A stretch of 59,856 nt of DNA, filler included, from Circinaria calcarea (GCA_051942165.1; 13 parts of 13 records of this genome joined end to end with filler, not necessarily neighbours in it); one strand, 5' to 3'; numbered from the whole stretch's first letter, positions 10,063 to 23,133 are shown. Notes: generated from the letters alone by a model not told the origin. Program-made: numbers and translations.

Positions 10063-13000
10063 TTCCATCTGATTTTCGGCATGAGAGGTTCCTCCATGCA
10101 ACAACGACTACTTTCAGCCACTTCAGACGAAGGTTCCGCTTCTGACGGTTATGGTCGATTGAAATCATATTCCTATTTTGTAGCTAGACGAAGTGCTTAC
10201 AGGCGGCAGACTCTGCTAGGTAGAATATATGTAAAACCGTGACTGTTCTTGGAGTCCCGTATACTCGATATCTGTGGCAAAGCAACCAATGACCGGCCTG
10301 GCACTATCTAGCAGGCGGTGTCTGCCATGTATTTATCTTTCTGCGTGTCAGCTTTGATTACCCATTCAGCTTCGGTTCTCTAGTCAGCTTTGGTTCTTTA
10401 TCCAGCGTCGATTGCCAATTCAGTTCTAGTTCCCTCCTCATTCTACGCAGAATTGCCACCGGCACGCACGAGAAGAACCATTGGGGTGTGGAGTGTTCGC
10501 AACCTAAAGTCTTCCTCCTCAACGTCATTGATCATGGGATAGCTATCTCAAGGCGTCGATTAAGTCCGGCTACCAGCGTCTCATGGAGTTGGAGAACGGT
10601 AAGTAGTCGGAGTCCAACACTGAAATGGTTTTTCCGGCTGCTCGGATAAAAATACCAACGAAAGGATTCAGCCATACTGAACTCCAGGATTGGAGATCCA
10701 GCCGCGACCGTTGGTGGCATTCTTACCTCTGATGGGTTGAGCCGTTCTTACACAGAGTGGTTCGGCGCCAAGCATTCATGCCCTCCGCTGGTGGTTGGTA
10801 ATGTTCGTGCCTCGCCGCAGCATCAACGGTGTTTGGCTGTTCTGCACTAGACATTATGCTTCGTGTCGACGGTGGCTGACACTGGGTTCCCGATATTCCT
10901 TTCGCTCACCTCAAGCAAAGAAAGCATCGCGGACGTTGGATTCATCCAGACGCTCTTGTGGAGACCTACTTGGCCACATGTTGAATGGTTGGATGTTGTG
11001 CCTCATGGATTTGTAAGATGTATTCAATCATTGACATTGTTTTAGCTCTGAACATTGCCATACGCACTTCGTAATCGAGATGCAGATTATGAATGCGATG
11101 TCGATCAGAGTAACATACAGGATCCCAGTACCATGCCGATGGTAAAAGTGAGTAGCACTCTGTGCAGGACGCAACGTTGTGGGCGACATGCGGCTGATCG
11201 AGACGACGTGGTTTGTTCAAGAGTGGGATCGAGTTCAGAATTGTCACATTCAATAAACCTAGCTAATTACGCATATCGGAGGTATGATGGATGGGCTGAA
11301 GCCTCTGTAGGTTCCAGCTGGGTGGCAGCGCAAGCCATGAGAATCGACACAGGTTACCACACCAAGTTGGACTTGAGAGGCAAAGTTTCGACCGTGCCGC
11401 ATTCTAATGGTAACTGACTGCCAGCCAACTATTCGAATTCGCCAGCCTTTCGTATCTGATCATAACAGACAATGACCTATTCACCAAAGAAAATTGGTGC
11501 GTAGATCGCGTCAAACCTAACATGTGTCCTATGCCCTAGTCTCTAGTCGAGAAATCATTAGATTGATATCTTGCGCAACAAAGTCGTGTTCCCCCCCTAT
11601 CGATTTAGGGTTACCGGGAAAAGCGCCCAAATCGTCATGCACCCGCAAAAGGGATTCCCGGAGCCCCTGCATGGCAGCACATGGCACAATCCCTTCGAGA
11701 CGAGGCTAATCATGCATGCGCCGTACCAGGATTGAGACCCGACCCGGCGATTTACGGTGCAAAGTGCTGTAGGCCCGTTGTTGCGAAAAGGACGGAAAGC
11801 GCCCGAGTGATACCCTCAGGCCTGAAGACGTTGCGGAGTTCTCTCCTTTGGTTTCCGTACGAAAAATCGGTAATGCACACGCCGACCTCGCTGCAGAGGT
11901 CAAATTCAAGCACACCTACTTAACATATGTCTGAACGGCGCTGAAGGCGGCGGGCTGGGGTTTTGAGCAAAGGGTAGGTATGTCGTATTGTGGCAGGCAG
12001 CGAGTTTAGCTCTACTGTGGTCACAGGCATAACAGATGTTAGCGTGGTCGTCATGCAATAATCATAGAAGGCCCAAACGACAGTTTGATTCCATACAGAA
12101 AGACGGAATATACACCCGAGGATGCCCTCCATATTACGCCTCATTTTTAAGGAATTCATCCAGCCTTTGCTGAGTATACCGGAGTTGGTCGAAACCCGCG
12201 CCAACATCTGTTATGCCTGCGACCAGAGTATTCTCGATAATATGGAGCAAATCTGCACTCCCCAGCAATCTCGACTCAGCCATCAAGCAAGACGCGCCAT
12301 CAGGCGTTCGTGCTGAACCGAGTCATCCACATGATCCAATATCGATTCGATAGTGGCCGTGCAGGGGATGCGGGCAAAAGAAGTGTGTGCCTGATTGTTG
12401 TGATCTCATGGTGTGTTTCAATACAAGTCCTGTCCGAAACAGGCGCCTTAGTAGACGATTCAAGCTACGGGGAGCATCGAGTTCGTTGAATGTGGGCGTT
12501 GTCTGGTAGTGTAGGTAGCAAAAGGTTGGCGCCAATTATCGCTGACGAAGGCGGGAGGGGCGCATGATTCACGTAGGCACTGCCTGTCTTCCGCGCAATC
12601 CCACATTCGGGAGCTGAGATGACAGGTAGGCTTGGATGCGAAGACATCAGCATTGATAGATGGAGCGAATGTATCGCTCACCAGCCCAGTCTGATCCGAT
12701 TACGTGACATGGCGATTCGAGCCCAATGAATGAGCACGTCGAGGGAAGAAGGCCGCCAGAAGGATGGGGAACACCACTCAGAATCCGTCTGTCCCTTTTC
12801 CCTTTTCCCCCTAATGCCGACTGCAGGGTTGATCGTGTCAAGCCATGACCTCGGGCCCGTCTAGCTGGGCCCCTAGAAACGCTGTACAGGCGACGGGGGA
12901 TTTCAAAACGTCAAGAATAATATGGTACCCAAAGACGACCGATGGATCTCCAACAACCTTCCTTGCGGCGTCACAGCAATCCGACAAGACACATCCTCTG

Positions 13001-13615
13001 CATCTAATCCTCAGCCTCTCCAGGCTGAACCATCATCTCGACGTCGAAAGCTGTCCCTCAGGTCCGGAGCATGCTGGCTATTCCGCCAAATCGGCATCCG
13101 TCCCCCTCATCAGCCCCCTTCGGCTAAGCGTTCCTTTGAGAGCCTTCGTTAGCTGCTGGGGCTGTTTCATGTTTTGGCACCGCTCAACTGAGGAATCTTC
13201 TATCGAACGCCCGTATATTCCACCTCACCCACTTTCCGCCAATAGCCATTGCAGCCGATCGTGTACGAATCTACCGACTCCTAGATCTCGATATCGCATC
13301 ACTGACGATACGGCCTCGCAGTGCAAACAATTGGAAAGACATCCGCAGGGCTGGGAAACATTAGAAGGGTCTCACAAGCAAACAGCGAGAAGAGCCCTGA
13401 GACTGCAGGGGAACACTCGTGGGAGGGGGCAAACAGGACGCTGTCGCCGCGTACTCGGACAACCATCGCACAATGGCATAGTGATATGCCAGTCAACTCT
13501 CTGGCCTCGACTCGTATCTGGTCTTGGACACCGAGTCATTGGCCGACGATTGGCGCTCACACGGATGCGCAAGAGCAGAGTGGTAGCAGCTCGGCCGCCT
13601 AGGGCATGATTCAGC

Positions 13616-13786
13616 ATGTCCCTTCCGACTCCATCCTTCCCTCTAAAGAATCACTGTTCGGTGGTGTACAATGACACCCTCTACGCCTATCAGTCAGACT
13701 CATTCCAGTCACTTCCACTCCGGAACGGATCTCAATGGTCGGTGCTGCCCATGGGAGTCTCTGCAGACGGCGCCAGGTGTGTTCAG
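13616..13786 (+). CDS. N-terminus of a conserved fungal kelch/galactose-oxidase-like beta-propeller protein, 3' truncated
   Basis: MSLPTPSFPLKNHCSVVYNDTLYAYQSDSFQSLPL...WSVLPMGVS..GARCV resembles a conserved Pezizomycotina family (from recall). Confidence 0.65.
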
Positions 13787-13886
13787 NNNNNNNNNNNNNN
13801 NNNNNNNNNNNNNNNNNNNNNNNNNNNNNNTTAATTAATTAANNNNNNNNNNNNNNNNNNNNNNNNNNNNNNNNNNNNNNNNNNNN
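13787..13886. other. Artificial contig linker
   Basis: N44-TTAATTAATTAA-N44. Confidence 0.99.
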
Positions 13887-15080
13887 GAGGAGGATTGAGG
13901 GGAGAAGGTGGTGATAGGAAGGTAAGGGGGTGGGTTGTCCAATGGGAAGGATCGCATCCTCAAGGCCCCAGAGTGGTATTCGTGACCCGACTCCCTTTCA
14001 TTACAAGCTTCGAGTTGAAAGCGCGCAGAGAGCCGCGAGAGGTTAGACGTTTACTCTTACGAGGATCAAAGGTTGCGTATGGAATCCAAGACCCGAAACT
14101 CTAGGGGCGGTTTAGATGTAGATGGAGATGTACATGCCACCGATGGTGTTCTCGAGAGTGCTGGTTCATACTCTTTTCGCCTATCAAATCCTGACCGTGA
14201 CCCCGACAGAGGACTGATCGGATAAGAGGAGGCTCGAAAGGATTAGGAGCTTATGTTTCGCACAGAAGATGATCATGTTATTTGCTTGTCCGAGGTTATT
14301 GGAGGTCTTAAGTAGGAAGAATAGGCCGTCAATTCTAGTACAGATATCACCAATCCCCAGACTAAACTAACTCAGATCACAAGATGGGAAGAGGGGAGAG
14401 AAGCATTGGGGGATACGGTAGCCTTGAATGGAATAAACTGGGCATTGGTGGTTGCTATTAGTGGGATTTAAAGGACTTGTGTCGGCCTGCGCATAGCTGG
14501 TGCACTCTTCTTGCGTGATACTGTTTCCCTTCCTAGCTTGTTAGGCCGACACTCGGACGATCCTTGATAGAAGTTGATACGCTGCCTGGAGGGCAAGTCC
14601 TCCAGGGTTGCTATTCTCAATCGAGATTGCGAACGCTCAATCAGGGTATTCGCCAGCGGGTGCTCTTACTCCTCCACTATGGTAGTCTTACTCATAAAGC
14701 GTATTCGGTCCTAATCCAGCAATTGACTTACCGTTTTCTGCCTTCAAGCTAGATGTAAGTTGACCTGCACGACTGTCTTCTGCACACACTGAGATCACGG
14801 ACCGTGTGCCAAGGTATGGTTTGGAGGGTCGCCACCAACTCAGACGGGGTGTACTACAAGCGACAACTGAGGTGTCTGAAATTCGAAAAGTTGAATGCAC
14901 GTGAGCAACGATGCTTGAAGGGCGATTCGTGAATAATCAGTGGCAGTGGTCGAAATGGTCGTCGCCCTACTAAGATGTAAATTGTGCAAGCCGCTGCGCA
15001 GTTTTGGTCGTGGTTGTCTCTGTAAAGATATCGGAGAAGCTCTTCCTAACAGCCAGTCTGGAAAGCCTGCGAGAGGTATC

Positions 15081-15434
15081 TCAGTCAACCTCCATGGCAA
15101 CCTCTTCGCCCTTTGCATCTCCACTTCCCCCTTTATCAATATCGGCGTCTCTCATCTCTACCTCTTTCCCTGCCCTCTTCTTCCTCTCCTCCTCCTCCCT
15201 CCTCACCCGATCAAAGCCCAGTTTCTTCTCCAACTTCTTCTTCTTCTTCCCACTGAGTGGTGCGGCCTGTCTCAAGGCTTGACTTGTTCGGGGAAGTTTG
15301 ATAACACCTCCGCTACTGGAGAGACGACGTGAAGAAGTAACGAGACGTTGCGTGTGTTTTCGCTTGGATTTGATGTTGTGGGCTGTTTTCCGCCGCTGGG
15401 AGGAGGGAGTGTTCGGGTTAGAGCGAGAGGGCAT
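15081..15434 (-). CDS. ALB1: Ribosome biogenesis protein Alb1-like
   Basis: 117-aa basic protein starting MPSRSNPN, with LSGKKKKKLEKKLGF and acidic EVEMRD/AMEVD. Resembles yeast Alb1 (MPSKNSINRP...LSKKRAKKIERNLKYA). Confidence 0.65.
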   Translation of the reverse strand: MPSRSNPNTPSSQRRKTAHNIKSKRKHTQRLVTSSRRLSSSGGVIKLPRTSQALRQAAPLSGKKKKKLEKKLGFDRVRREEEERKKRAGKEVEMRDADIDKGGSGDAKGEEVAMEVD

Positions 15435-15939
15435 TTTGTACCCTGTTGACCTTGTCGCTGAATAAAGTCTCGCGTTGCTGATGTCGGTCGACTTGCAAGT
15501 TGTACTTGTACTTGTACTCAGGTAGAGAGGCGCTCGGGTGGGTATGAGAAGCGGCGCACTCTGCGTGTGGTAGCATGACCTGGGGGGTCGTCTGATGGCC
15601 AAGAGGATCGTCACGTCATCATGGGCCCTAAGCGATAATTGGTCAATGCGTACATTATAGTTTCCTCCATATTCCAACGTCTACCAATGGGAATTCGCTT
15701 CTGCCCTCCCCCCCGTATCGTACATACATCCCATGCCCTTTCCAATCACGACCATACTCCTGCATCCTTCCCATCCACACATTCTCATCAAAATAATCTA
15801 TGTATATCATGTCGTCCGTTCCATAGACCGTTGTTCCATTTAAGTCGTCGGTGCACTCACCCCCCCATACCGCCAGGTCGTGAGTTACTACCAAGATACC
15901 GTGGAGGCCTCTTTTCGACCCACGGAGGTTCTTACGCGT

Positions 15940-18271
15940 ATGGACTCGTCACGTCCGACTGGCGGCATCGTCGCAAGGCGCCCTGCGATCCTTTCAATCG
16001 CCAAGCTGTTACTTTGTGGAATCGCCAATATACCTCTGCTGCGAGCGGCGCCGACGCGATTTCCACCCTTTACCACTTTTGCAGGCGGAGACCCAGATCC
16101 ATTGCCTGCGAAGAGTCCAACGCTATGGATTTATCTTTCCGTAGCCGTGGCCCTCGTCCTCCTTGGTGGAGCCTTTGCCGGATTGACCATTGCCTTGATG
16201 GGCCAGGTAAGATGCCACCAGCCGGTTATGAAACCAATGCTGACCTATGTAGGACGAAATCTACCTACAGGTTATTAAGACGTCTGGAGAAGGTTCCGAG
16301 AAGAAGAATGCCGCCAAGGTCCTGAGGTTATTGGATAGAGGGAAACATTGGGTTCTCGTCACGTTGCTCCTCGGAAATGTCATTACCAACGAGACTCTGC
16401 CCATCGTACTCGATCGATCTCTCGGTGGCGGGTGGCCAGCTGTCCTCGGCAGTACTGTACTCATTGGTATGCCTTCCAGAAGCGCCTCAGCATACGACAA
16501 GAGACTAACCGCGACTTAGTCATATTTGGTGAAATCATACCTCAGTCTATTTGCGTCCGTTATGGACTACCGATCGGTGCCTGGATGTCTCCTCTCGTCT
16601 TGGTCTTGATGTACATACTTGGCCCTGTGGCTTGGCCTACGGCAAAACTTCTGGACTGGCTCCTAGGTGAAGAACATGGCACAACGTATAAGAAAGCCGG
16701 CCTCAAGACTCTCGTGACTCTCCATAAGACTTTGGGTGATGCTGGAGAACAGCTGAACGCAGATGAGGTCACCATCATCAGCGCGGTTCTAGACCTCAAG
16801 GACAAACCCATTGGGAGCATAATGACTCCGATAGATGACGTTTTTACAATGTCGGCAGACACAATCCTGGACGAGAAGACCATGGATGTCATTCTCTCAG
16901 CTGGTTATTCTCGGATCCCTATTCACGCGCCAAACGAAGAATTTAACTTTGTGGGCATGCTGCTGGTCAAAATACTGATCACCTATGACCCTGAAGACTG
17001 TAAAGCAGTCCGAGATTTTGCGTTGGCCACTTTGCCAGAAACGTGGGCAGACACTAGTTGCTTGGACATTGTCAACTTCTTCCAAGAGGGAAAGTCTCAC
17101 ATGGTTCTCGTTTCCGAGAACCCTGGCACCAACAGCGGAGCATTAGGAGTGGTGACTCTGGAAGATGTTATCGAGGAGCTTATTGGCGAGTGAGTGTTTC
17201 GAAGCCTCTTGATATTGCTTGAAAACTTGCTGATATGTTGACAGGGAAATCATTGACGAGTCGGATGTCTTTGTTGACGTGCATCAAGCTATTCGACGGA
17301 ATCGACCAGCCCCAAAATCGCGAATGCCTAAAAACCACGTCGTCACCAATACAAAAGACAACGCTGGCGAAGGAGAAGAAAACCTCATCGATATACATGA
17401 AGAGCAGACACCTTCTGTTGAGGCTAAGCGCCGGCTGGCTTCACTCGACGGTACAACCGACGGTAAAACAACAGCGACTGGAGATCGAACTTCATCTCCA
17501 AAGACCAAATCATTTGTACGACGGACGTCTAGTTTGGCCGGCGTTTCGGATAAGGAAAGCATAACCAGGCGAAATGATAGAGAACACTTGAAGCATCTTG
17601 GGCCGTCTAACTTGGCCAGCAGACCCCGCCAAACGCGGTGGAACACGGTAAAGATTAAGCCTGGACTAGGCGCTGCCGCAGAAGGCTTAACCAAGAATTC
17701 CGAGCCAACAGGCACGTCTCGACATGGATCAGTCTCTGCACCCAATGTCCCCCAAGGAGGTGTAGGAGATGGCCTCCTCAGCTCGGCGGGGAAGGACGCC
17801 AGTGATGGCGTTCTCGCCGTGCAAGCTGGCTACGGTACCATCGGATTGGCGTCCGCCAAATCTCCGAAATCACCTGAGAAAAGCAAGACACCGCACACAA
17901 ATGGGAGTCCTGTCGACGGGGACTCTCAGCCCACCAAGCTCTCGCAATCCAGCCGCACCAGCAGCACTACCTCCAAAAGTACCGTCGCCTCCCTCCCCAA
18001 CCAACTAACGCGCTCATCCACAACGCGAAGAGGCGGTGTCCGCTCAGGAAGTATCACTGAGAACATCGTCGAGGCGGGCGGCATCCGCAAGGTCGTCCTC
18101 GATACGACGAGTAGCAGTTCCGAGGACGCGGACGACGGCGCCAACGGGAATGGGGTGGGCTTGAGCGATAATACAAAGGAGAATGAGAAGCCGGAGGCGG
18201 AGGCGGAAGGGAATCCGGAGCCGGGGAAAGGAGGGAAGAAGAAGAGGCGGAGGAGTTCTGGACCGGTTTAA
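15940..18271 (+). CDS. MAM3: Mam3/CNNM metal-transport protein (DUF21 + CBS pair)
   Basis: [79 protein letters not shown]; introns 16207-16252, 16467-16519 and 17190-17244. Confidence 0.93.
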
Positions 18272-18410
18272 CGACGATGGTGATATCTGGGCCGACGATG
18301 CCGCGCCAGAGCGTGGCCATCCATTGCCAGTGATCGATGGGGGCGTAGGCGTCTGCGATGGGGATGGAGGAGGTGGCGGCGTCGGTGAGGGAGAGTTGGT
18401 AGTGGGGGAG
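18054..18410 (-). CDS. 3' fragment of a conserved fungal hypothetical protein, convergent with and overlapping MAM3
   Basis: Open frame from the contig edge: [47 protein letters not shown]. The HWQWxATLWRGxxGPD motif is recalled from a conserved ascomycete family. Confidence 0.6.
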   Translation of the reverse strand, partial: LPHYQLSLTDAATSSIPIADAYAPIDHWQWMATLWRGIVGPDITIVVKPVQNSSASSSSLLSPAPDSLPPPPPASHSPLYYRSSPPHSRWRRRPRPRNCYSSYRGRPCGCRPPRRCSQ

Positions 18411-18411
18411 G

Positions 18412-18511
18412 NNNNNNNNNNNNNNNNNNNNNNNNNNNNNNNNNNNNNNNNNNNNTTAATTAATTAANNNNNNNNNNNNNNNNNNNNNNNNNNNNNNNNN
18501 NNNNNNNNNNN
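18412..18511. other. Artificial contig linker
   Basis: N44-TTAATTAATTAA-N44. Confidence 0.99.
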
Positions 18512-18724
18512 GAGAGGGGTGGGAAGATCTTGGCACTCCGCAAACTGAAGAACCTCCCGATGAGCCTTTGGTTGAAATACCTGATCTGGGAGACCATCTG
18601 CCGTCGAGATGGCCGGGTTACGATGATGAATGGGTTTATGAATGATTGAAGCAGGCCGAGGATAGGTGGTGCGAGAGGAGGGAAGACGCTGAGCTAGCCG
18701 CCTCAAGTTGGATGTAGAGGACAT
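18512..18724 (-). CDS. N-terminal fragment of a probable mitochondrially targeted protein
   Basis: ATG-initiated, Arg/Ser-rich and acid-free first ~40 aa (MSSTSNLRRLAQRLPSSRTT...), open to the contig end. Confidence 0.4.
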
Positions 18725-19478
18725 GCAGAAGTCGTTGGGATTTCAAATGCGGAAAACGATAATGAGCAATGATTTTGTAGGACTGTCGCTTCCGATGACC
18801 TACATGCCAGATCTATGATCGAGGCCTAACATATCTGTCAGGGAGGCTGCTCGGGTATGGGCAATAGTTGAAACTCGAGATTAAATTTCCTTTCGATATC
18901 ATAATATCCTATCATTCTCCTACCCGCAAAGCATTCGTACCGCGAAGATTGTGGAACAAGTTGCGCCCGCCCAGCTATTAGGGTTCCAGTGCTCTGGACC
19001 CGATCAGTGTGTCGCTTTGGGGGAAGTTAAGTTAACCTGGCTCCTTTTTCAGAGGGGAGGCTTCTAGTCACATGACTTGTCGCCTGTACCGAAGTACCTA
19101 AGCCGGGCCTTGATACGCACGCGCTTGAACAAAAAACATTGCAACCCTGAACTACCCCCAGCCGTAGTTACTGACCCTTCCCGCCTAGGATTCGGGTACG
19201 GAATCACCAACATTGGAGGAGTTCCCACAAATCTCGAGGTGGAAAATTTAGGCGAGTCATTACTATCGGGGTTGCAATGTTTTTTTGGTCAAGCGCGTGC
19301 GTACGCTAATAAGATCATGAAGCTTATTTAGTCGGGCACCTCGGCCATTGTTCGTTTTTTTTGTCACTCCAAACCGGGTGGGGTTTTGAAGGGTTATCAT
19401 GAGACCTTGCTAATCTCGTACGAAGCTTTATTTCCAAAATAGAAAAATGATCCTTTTCCTCTTCTGTGATACCATATA

Positions 19479-19508
19479 AGCCTAGCCTAGCCTAGCCTAG
19501 CTTAGCCT
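19479..19508 (+). repeat. (AGCCT)n pentanucleotide repeat
   Basis: agcctagcctagcctagcctagcttagcct. Confidence 0.85.
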
Positions 19509-20032
19509 GTTTTGAGCTGAGCTGTCAGCTAAAAGATGGGCGCAGAACCGATCCTACCTAACTTTCTCCACATCCACACGTTTACGTTTTTGGCCGCTCA
19601 GATATTTGAGTCTCAGTACAGTAGCTTTTTTTCCCTCGGGATTTTGCAGTGACAAATGATCCCCAGAAGGGGTAGATGGCATTCAAATTAATTGTCACCG
19701 TGTTTGGGGCGTTCTGAAAACGTTTTGCCTGTTTTTTTTTTCCCCCTGGGCTTTGCGGGGGGGGAAGTGGGGGATTGTGGCAATCCATGTTTGGGAAATT
19801 TCACTGCCTGCGGTCGGATTTTTGGAGTCCGGAACGTGCCACCCCCCATTTCTGAGGTGGCTGGCTTTTTTCTTGCATAATTCGCATAAAAAATAAGCGA
19901 ACGTCAGCTACCCCAAAATAAAGCTAATATAAATTCGATTTTAACGTGGCTTAGTGCCATCAGTTTATCTATCTATTATTTTATATATCAATTTAGGTAT
20001 TATTTAATATATTATTTTAAATATCATTTTGG

Positions 20033-20386
20033 TGTAATGGCGCAACCCACAGGGCTATGCCAAGAGGTCTGAGTAATACGCGGGTTAGGCGTATTAGTGG
20101 TACTGGACGTACTGGATGTACCGGACGTGGCTACGTCCACGACGTCCACTACGTCCACCCCTTTTGGGACGTTTCGTGTAACCTCAGAGGACCTATATAG
20201 TCTCAGTCCTTTCCGTAGCATTTGACCTGTGTGGTCAAGACCTTACAGTACTTTACATTGGAGAATTGTATTGTCACTCATTACTTTGCCAAGTGATTGG
20301 TATAGAACCCTCGTGCATATTACAGAGCCCCTGCCTTATACCAGTGACTAGCATTGCCTTTGCCTAAGGAGCTTAGGGACGTAACA
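20033..20386. mobile_element. Solo LTR (Ty3/gypsy-like)
   Basis: 354 bp bounded by TGTAATG...CGTAACA, with an internal TATA-like CCTATATAG and short internal repeats. Flanks TTGG/TTAG could be a 4-bp TSD with one RIP-type change. Sits in AT-rich DNA. Confidence 0.6.
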
Positions 20387-21029
20387 TTAGATAAAGAGAA
20401 TATATGCCTGCTAATACTGCAGTGGATTTCGCGAGCATATATTACCACCATATACACTATAGTATTCGCAGTTGAATATTATTTTTTCTATACTACTGAT
20501 TTGAGCAAGTGAAATAGCATTCGAATTCGCTGAATGAGCGTATTTAAATGCCGTTTTACTTGCTTGAATTAATAATATAGAAAAAATCATATTTAACTGC
20601 GAAAGTTATAGTGCGCGTGGTGATAATGCGCGATCGCAATATTTTTGGTTTCTATAGTTACGCTCTTTATTTATTAGTTTTACATTATAAATAAGGCTTC
20701 GCAATCTACTATGAATCTACGAGTGAATGACTGCAGCACAAGTGGCAGAGATTTACTGTCGCAATAGTATTATCTCAAGCTACCTATCTAATTACATGCG
20801 CTGTCGCTGCTGCCATAGTAATTACTATGGTAGGAACGACAGAAGCTGGGGTGCGCGAAGTCGAAAAGCGATTTTCCGAAAACAAAAGTTCAAAAAAAAA
20901 TTTCAAAAATTTATTATTGCCGTAAGGTCCATTCATGCCACCGTACGCAACACGAAACGACTGACCCGGAAGAGCTGTATGCTATTATTCCATCAACATG
21001 AAAAGAGAATCACACTAACATATTTGCAG

Positions 21030-22894
21030 AATGCAAACACTTCTGCAAGGTTCGAGGTGTGAGCAATGCGACAGGTCCCAATGGCCTGAAACCGTTAGGT
21101 TCTTTGGATGGAATGACCAAATGGCTCTGAATATGCAGAAAAGTCCAGATACATCTTTCCCGATCCCCGGCATGTCAACGCCGTTACGAGGGCCTCAGCT
21201 GCATGCTATTGTATGGATGTTACAAGGGGACGTCGGCCTGGCACACGGGGGGGTTTTAGCCGACAGGATGGGGTTTGGAAAGGTAAGAAAATGTTTTCAA
21301 GACCATTGTTTCAGCACTAAGCCCTTATTCAGACCATTACCGTCCTCGGTAAAATTATGGTAAACTGGTTGCTCGCGAAAATGTGGATGCACTCACTCAA
21401 AAATCGAGATCGATCAGACTTCGGCGGGCATACCAATCCAGAGATACAGCTGACCGAAAATGAAGAAAATGCAGCTGCCAAATGCCGACATTACCGAAGA
21501 TTTACAGTCCCTTGTCCATGCATGAAATCGTTGCCGGGGAGAAAGATGTTAGGAACTCCAGGTGCCGTGGTTATTTTTGCATCGCTGAATTTACTTGATG
21601 TTTGGGTAAAAAATTGGAAGGCGCATTGCTCAGATTGGAATGACGATATGATCCTGCTGATAGGCCATAGTAAGAAAGTCGAAGGATTTGAGAATTTTCA
21701 AGTCAAACACGCCAAACAATTAGTAACTGGCGATTACGGTGTTTCGTCCTGGACGGATAATAAATACGTTATACTCACAACACATGAGAGTTATGACAGC
21801 CAGGTCGTTGTACGTTTCGCGGGTTTAAAGAAAGAAGAAAATATCAAGATCAATCCCCGAAGCTCTCAATCGTTGTTCAGAAAGGAAGTACTGGAACTCC
21901 GGCAGAATGCTATGATACCGTTTAAACCTTCCGCGGTGTATGTTGACGAGTTCCATAAATAATATACCGGAAGCAGGGGGTTACCAGGTCGACTAGGAAA
22001 GATGTATGCCGCTAGCTGGATACCTCGAATCTGGGCAATTTCCGGAAGACCTTTCGCGGATGGGCCGGCCGGGTTAAGGGGATACCTAAGCGTAATGTAG
22101 ACTTCAACTTGGGCCGACCATCCTGATTTTAAGAATCTTATACCATCGAAAATCGATTCCCTTCAAAAGGCTATCGATAACGCGATCGCGGCCAGAAATT
22201 CGGAAGATATAGTCAGAATGGGAGGGGTGTTCGAGAAGCAAGTATTGCAGCCGGTTATGATTCGAAGAAATGAAGAATTATTGTGGTTTGGGAAACCCGC
22301 ATTAATCCTACCAGCCAAACATGTTATCGATGTTGTGACACTTTATTCAAACACGTTTAAAGCAGAGATCGAGGCACTAAATAAAGAACGACTGGCCGGT
22401 CTCAAAAAATCCCTGGAGGCGTTTAATAAAAGACTTGAACCCGGTGAGACGGCCAGGAAATTGCCTACGCTGTCGAATTTCATTGAAAATTCCAGGCCGT
22501 TGAGGCACATAGCCGTCTAGCCATTTGTGGCTGTGATGTTGAAAGAGGGGAAGATTAAACTAACCCTGGAGGACTTTAAGAAACCGAGAGGAGCCGCAGA
22601 AGATTGGAGGAACTCATACGCCGAGAATATCCAAATGCTGATGAAAACGTCACCGAGATAGAAAAAACTGATAGAATTGATTAAAGCTTTGCCGCTAGAT
22701 AAAAAAGGAAAACCAAAAAAAATCCTTCTATATTTAGACCACTCAGTTATAGTTGGGATTACGTACGAGGTGAGCAATTTACAGTCTGGATAGCATTAAA
22801 ATATTTAAACTCTAATAGAAAATAGGCATTTGAATAATATTGGCCGGAATCGACGGCTTTTTTCATAAATAGGGCAACGCCAAAGGAAAGAAAA
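21030..22894 (+). pseudogene. SNF2-family helicase/ATPase pseudogene, RIP-damaged and interrupted by an LTR
   Basis: Q motif LRGPQLHAIVWM, motif I GGVLADRMGFGKT (intron 21283-21332), motif II YVDEFH, motif III WAISGRP, then VMIRR, LPAK and KILLY. In-frame stops at 21960, 22098, 22518, 22659 and 22835 are all TAA/TAG. Confidence 0.85.
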
Positions 22895-23033
22895 TGTTAG
22901 GGTGAAGCCAATTCACAAAGATAGCAGGCCTAGAACCAAAGCAATTTGTGGGCTCTATAAACCTAGAATAACATAAGGATTGAAGGTGTCTGGGACACGC
23001 GAATATAAGCAACCCGCCAAGGCTCGCTAACGC
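22895..23033 (+). mobile_element. End of a repeated element (probable LTR), copy 1
   Basis: Starts TGTTAGGGTGAAGCC; 135/139 identical to the reverse complement of 32479-32617; flanks differ between copies. Confidence 0.8.
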
Positions 23034-23133
23034 NNNNNNNNNNNNNNNNNNNNNNNNNNNNNNNNNNNNNNNNNNNNTTAATTAATTAANNNNNNNNNNN
23101 NNNNNNNNNNNNNNNNNNNNNNNNNNNNNNNNN
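23034..23133. other. Artificial contig linker
   Basis: N44-TTAATTAATTAA-N44. Confidence 0.99.

Noticed and set aside
10300..12800. Many short ORFs and splice-like signals on contig 3
   Set aside because: No consistent frame or recognisable domain; possibly decayed genes but not supportable
15435..15677. Upstream 81 codons of the 198-aa ORF
   Set aside because: Alb1 similarity begins at MPSRSNPN (15434); the rest is probably the divergent promoter shared with MAM3
19538..19560. GGGCGCAGAACCGATCC as a Mutator-like TIR (similarly GAGCGTAG on the minus strand near 45560)
   Set aside because: No partner inverted end or TSD visible; the resemblance is from vague recall only
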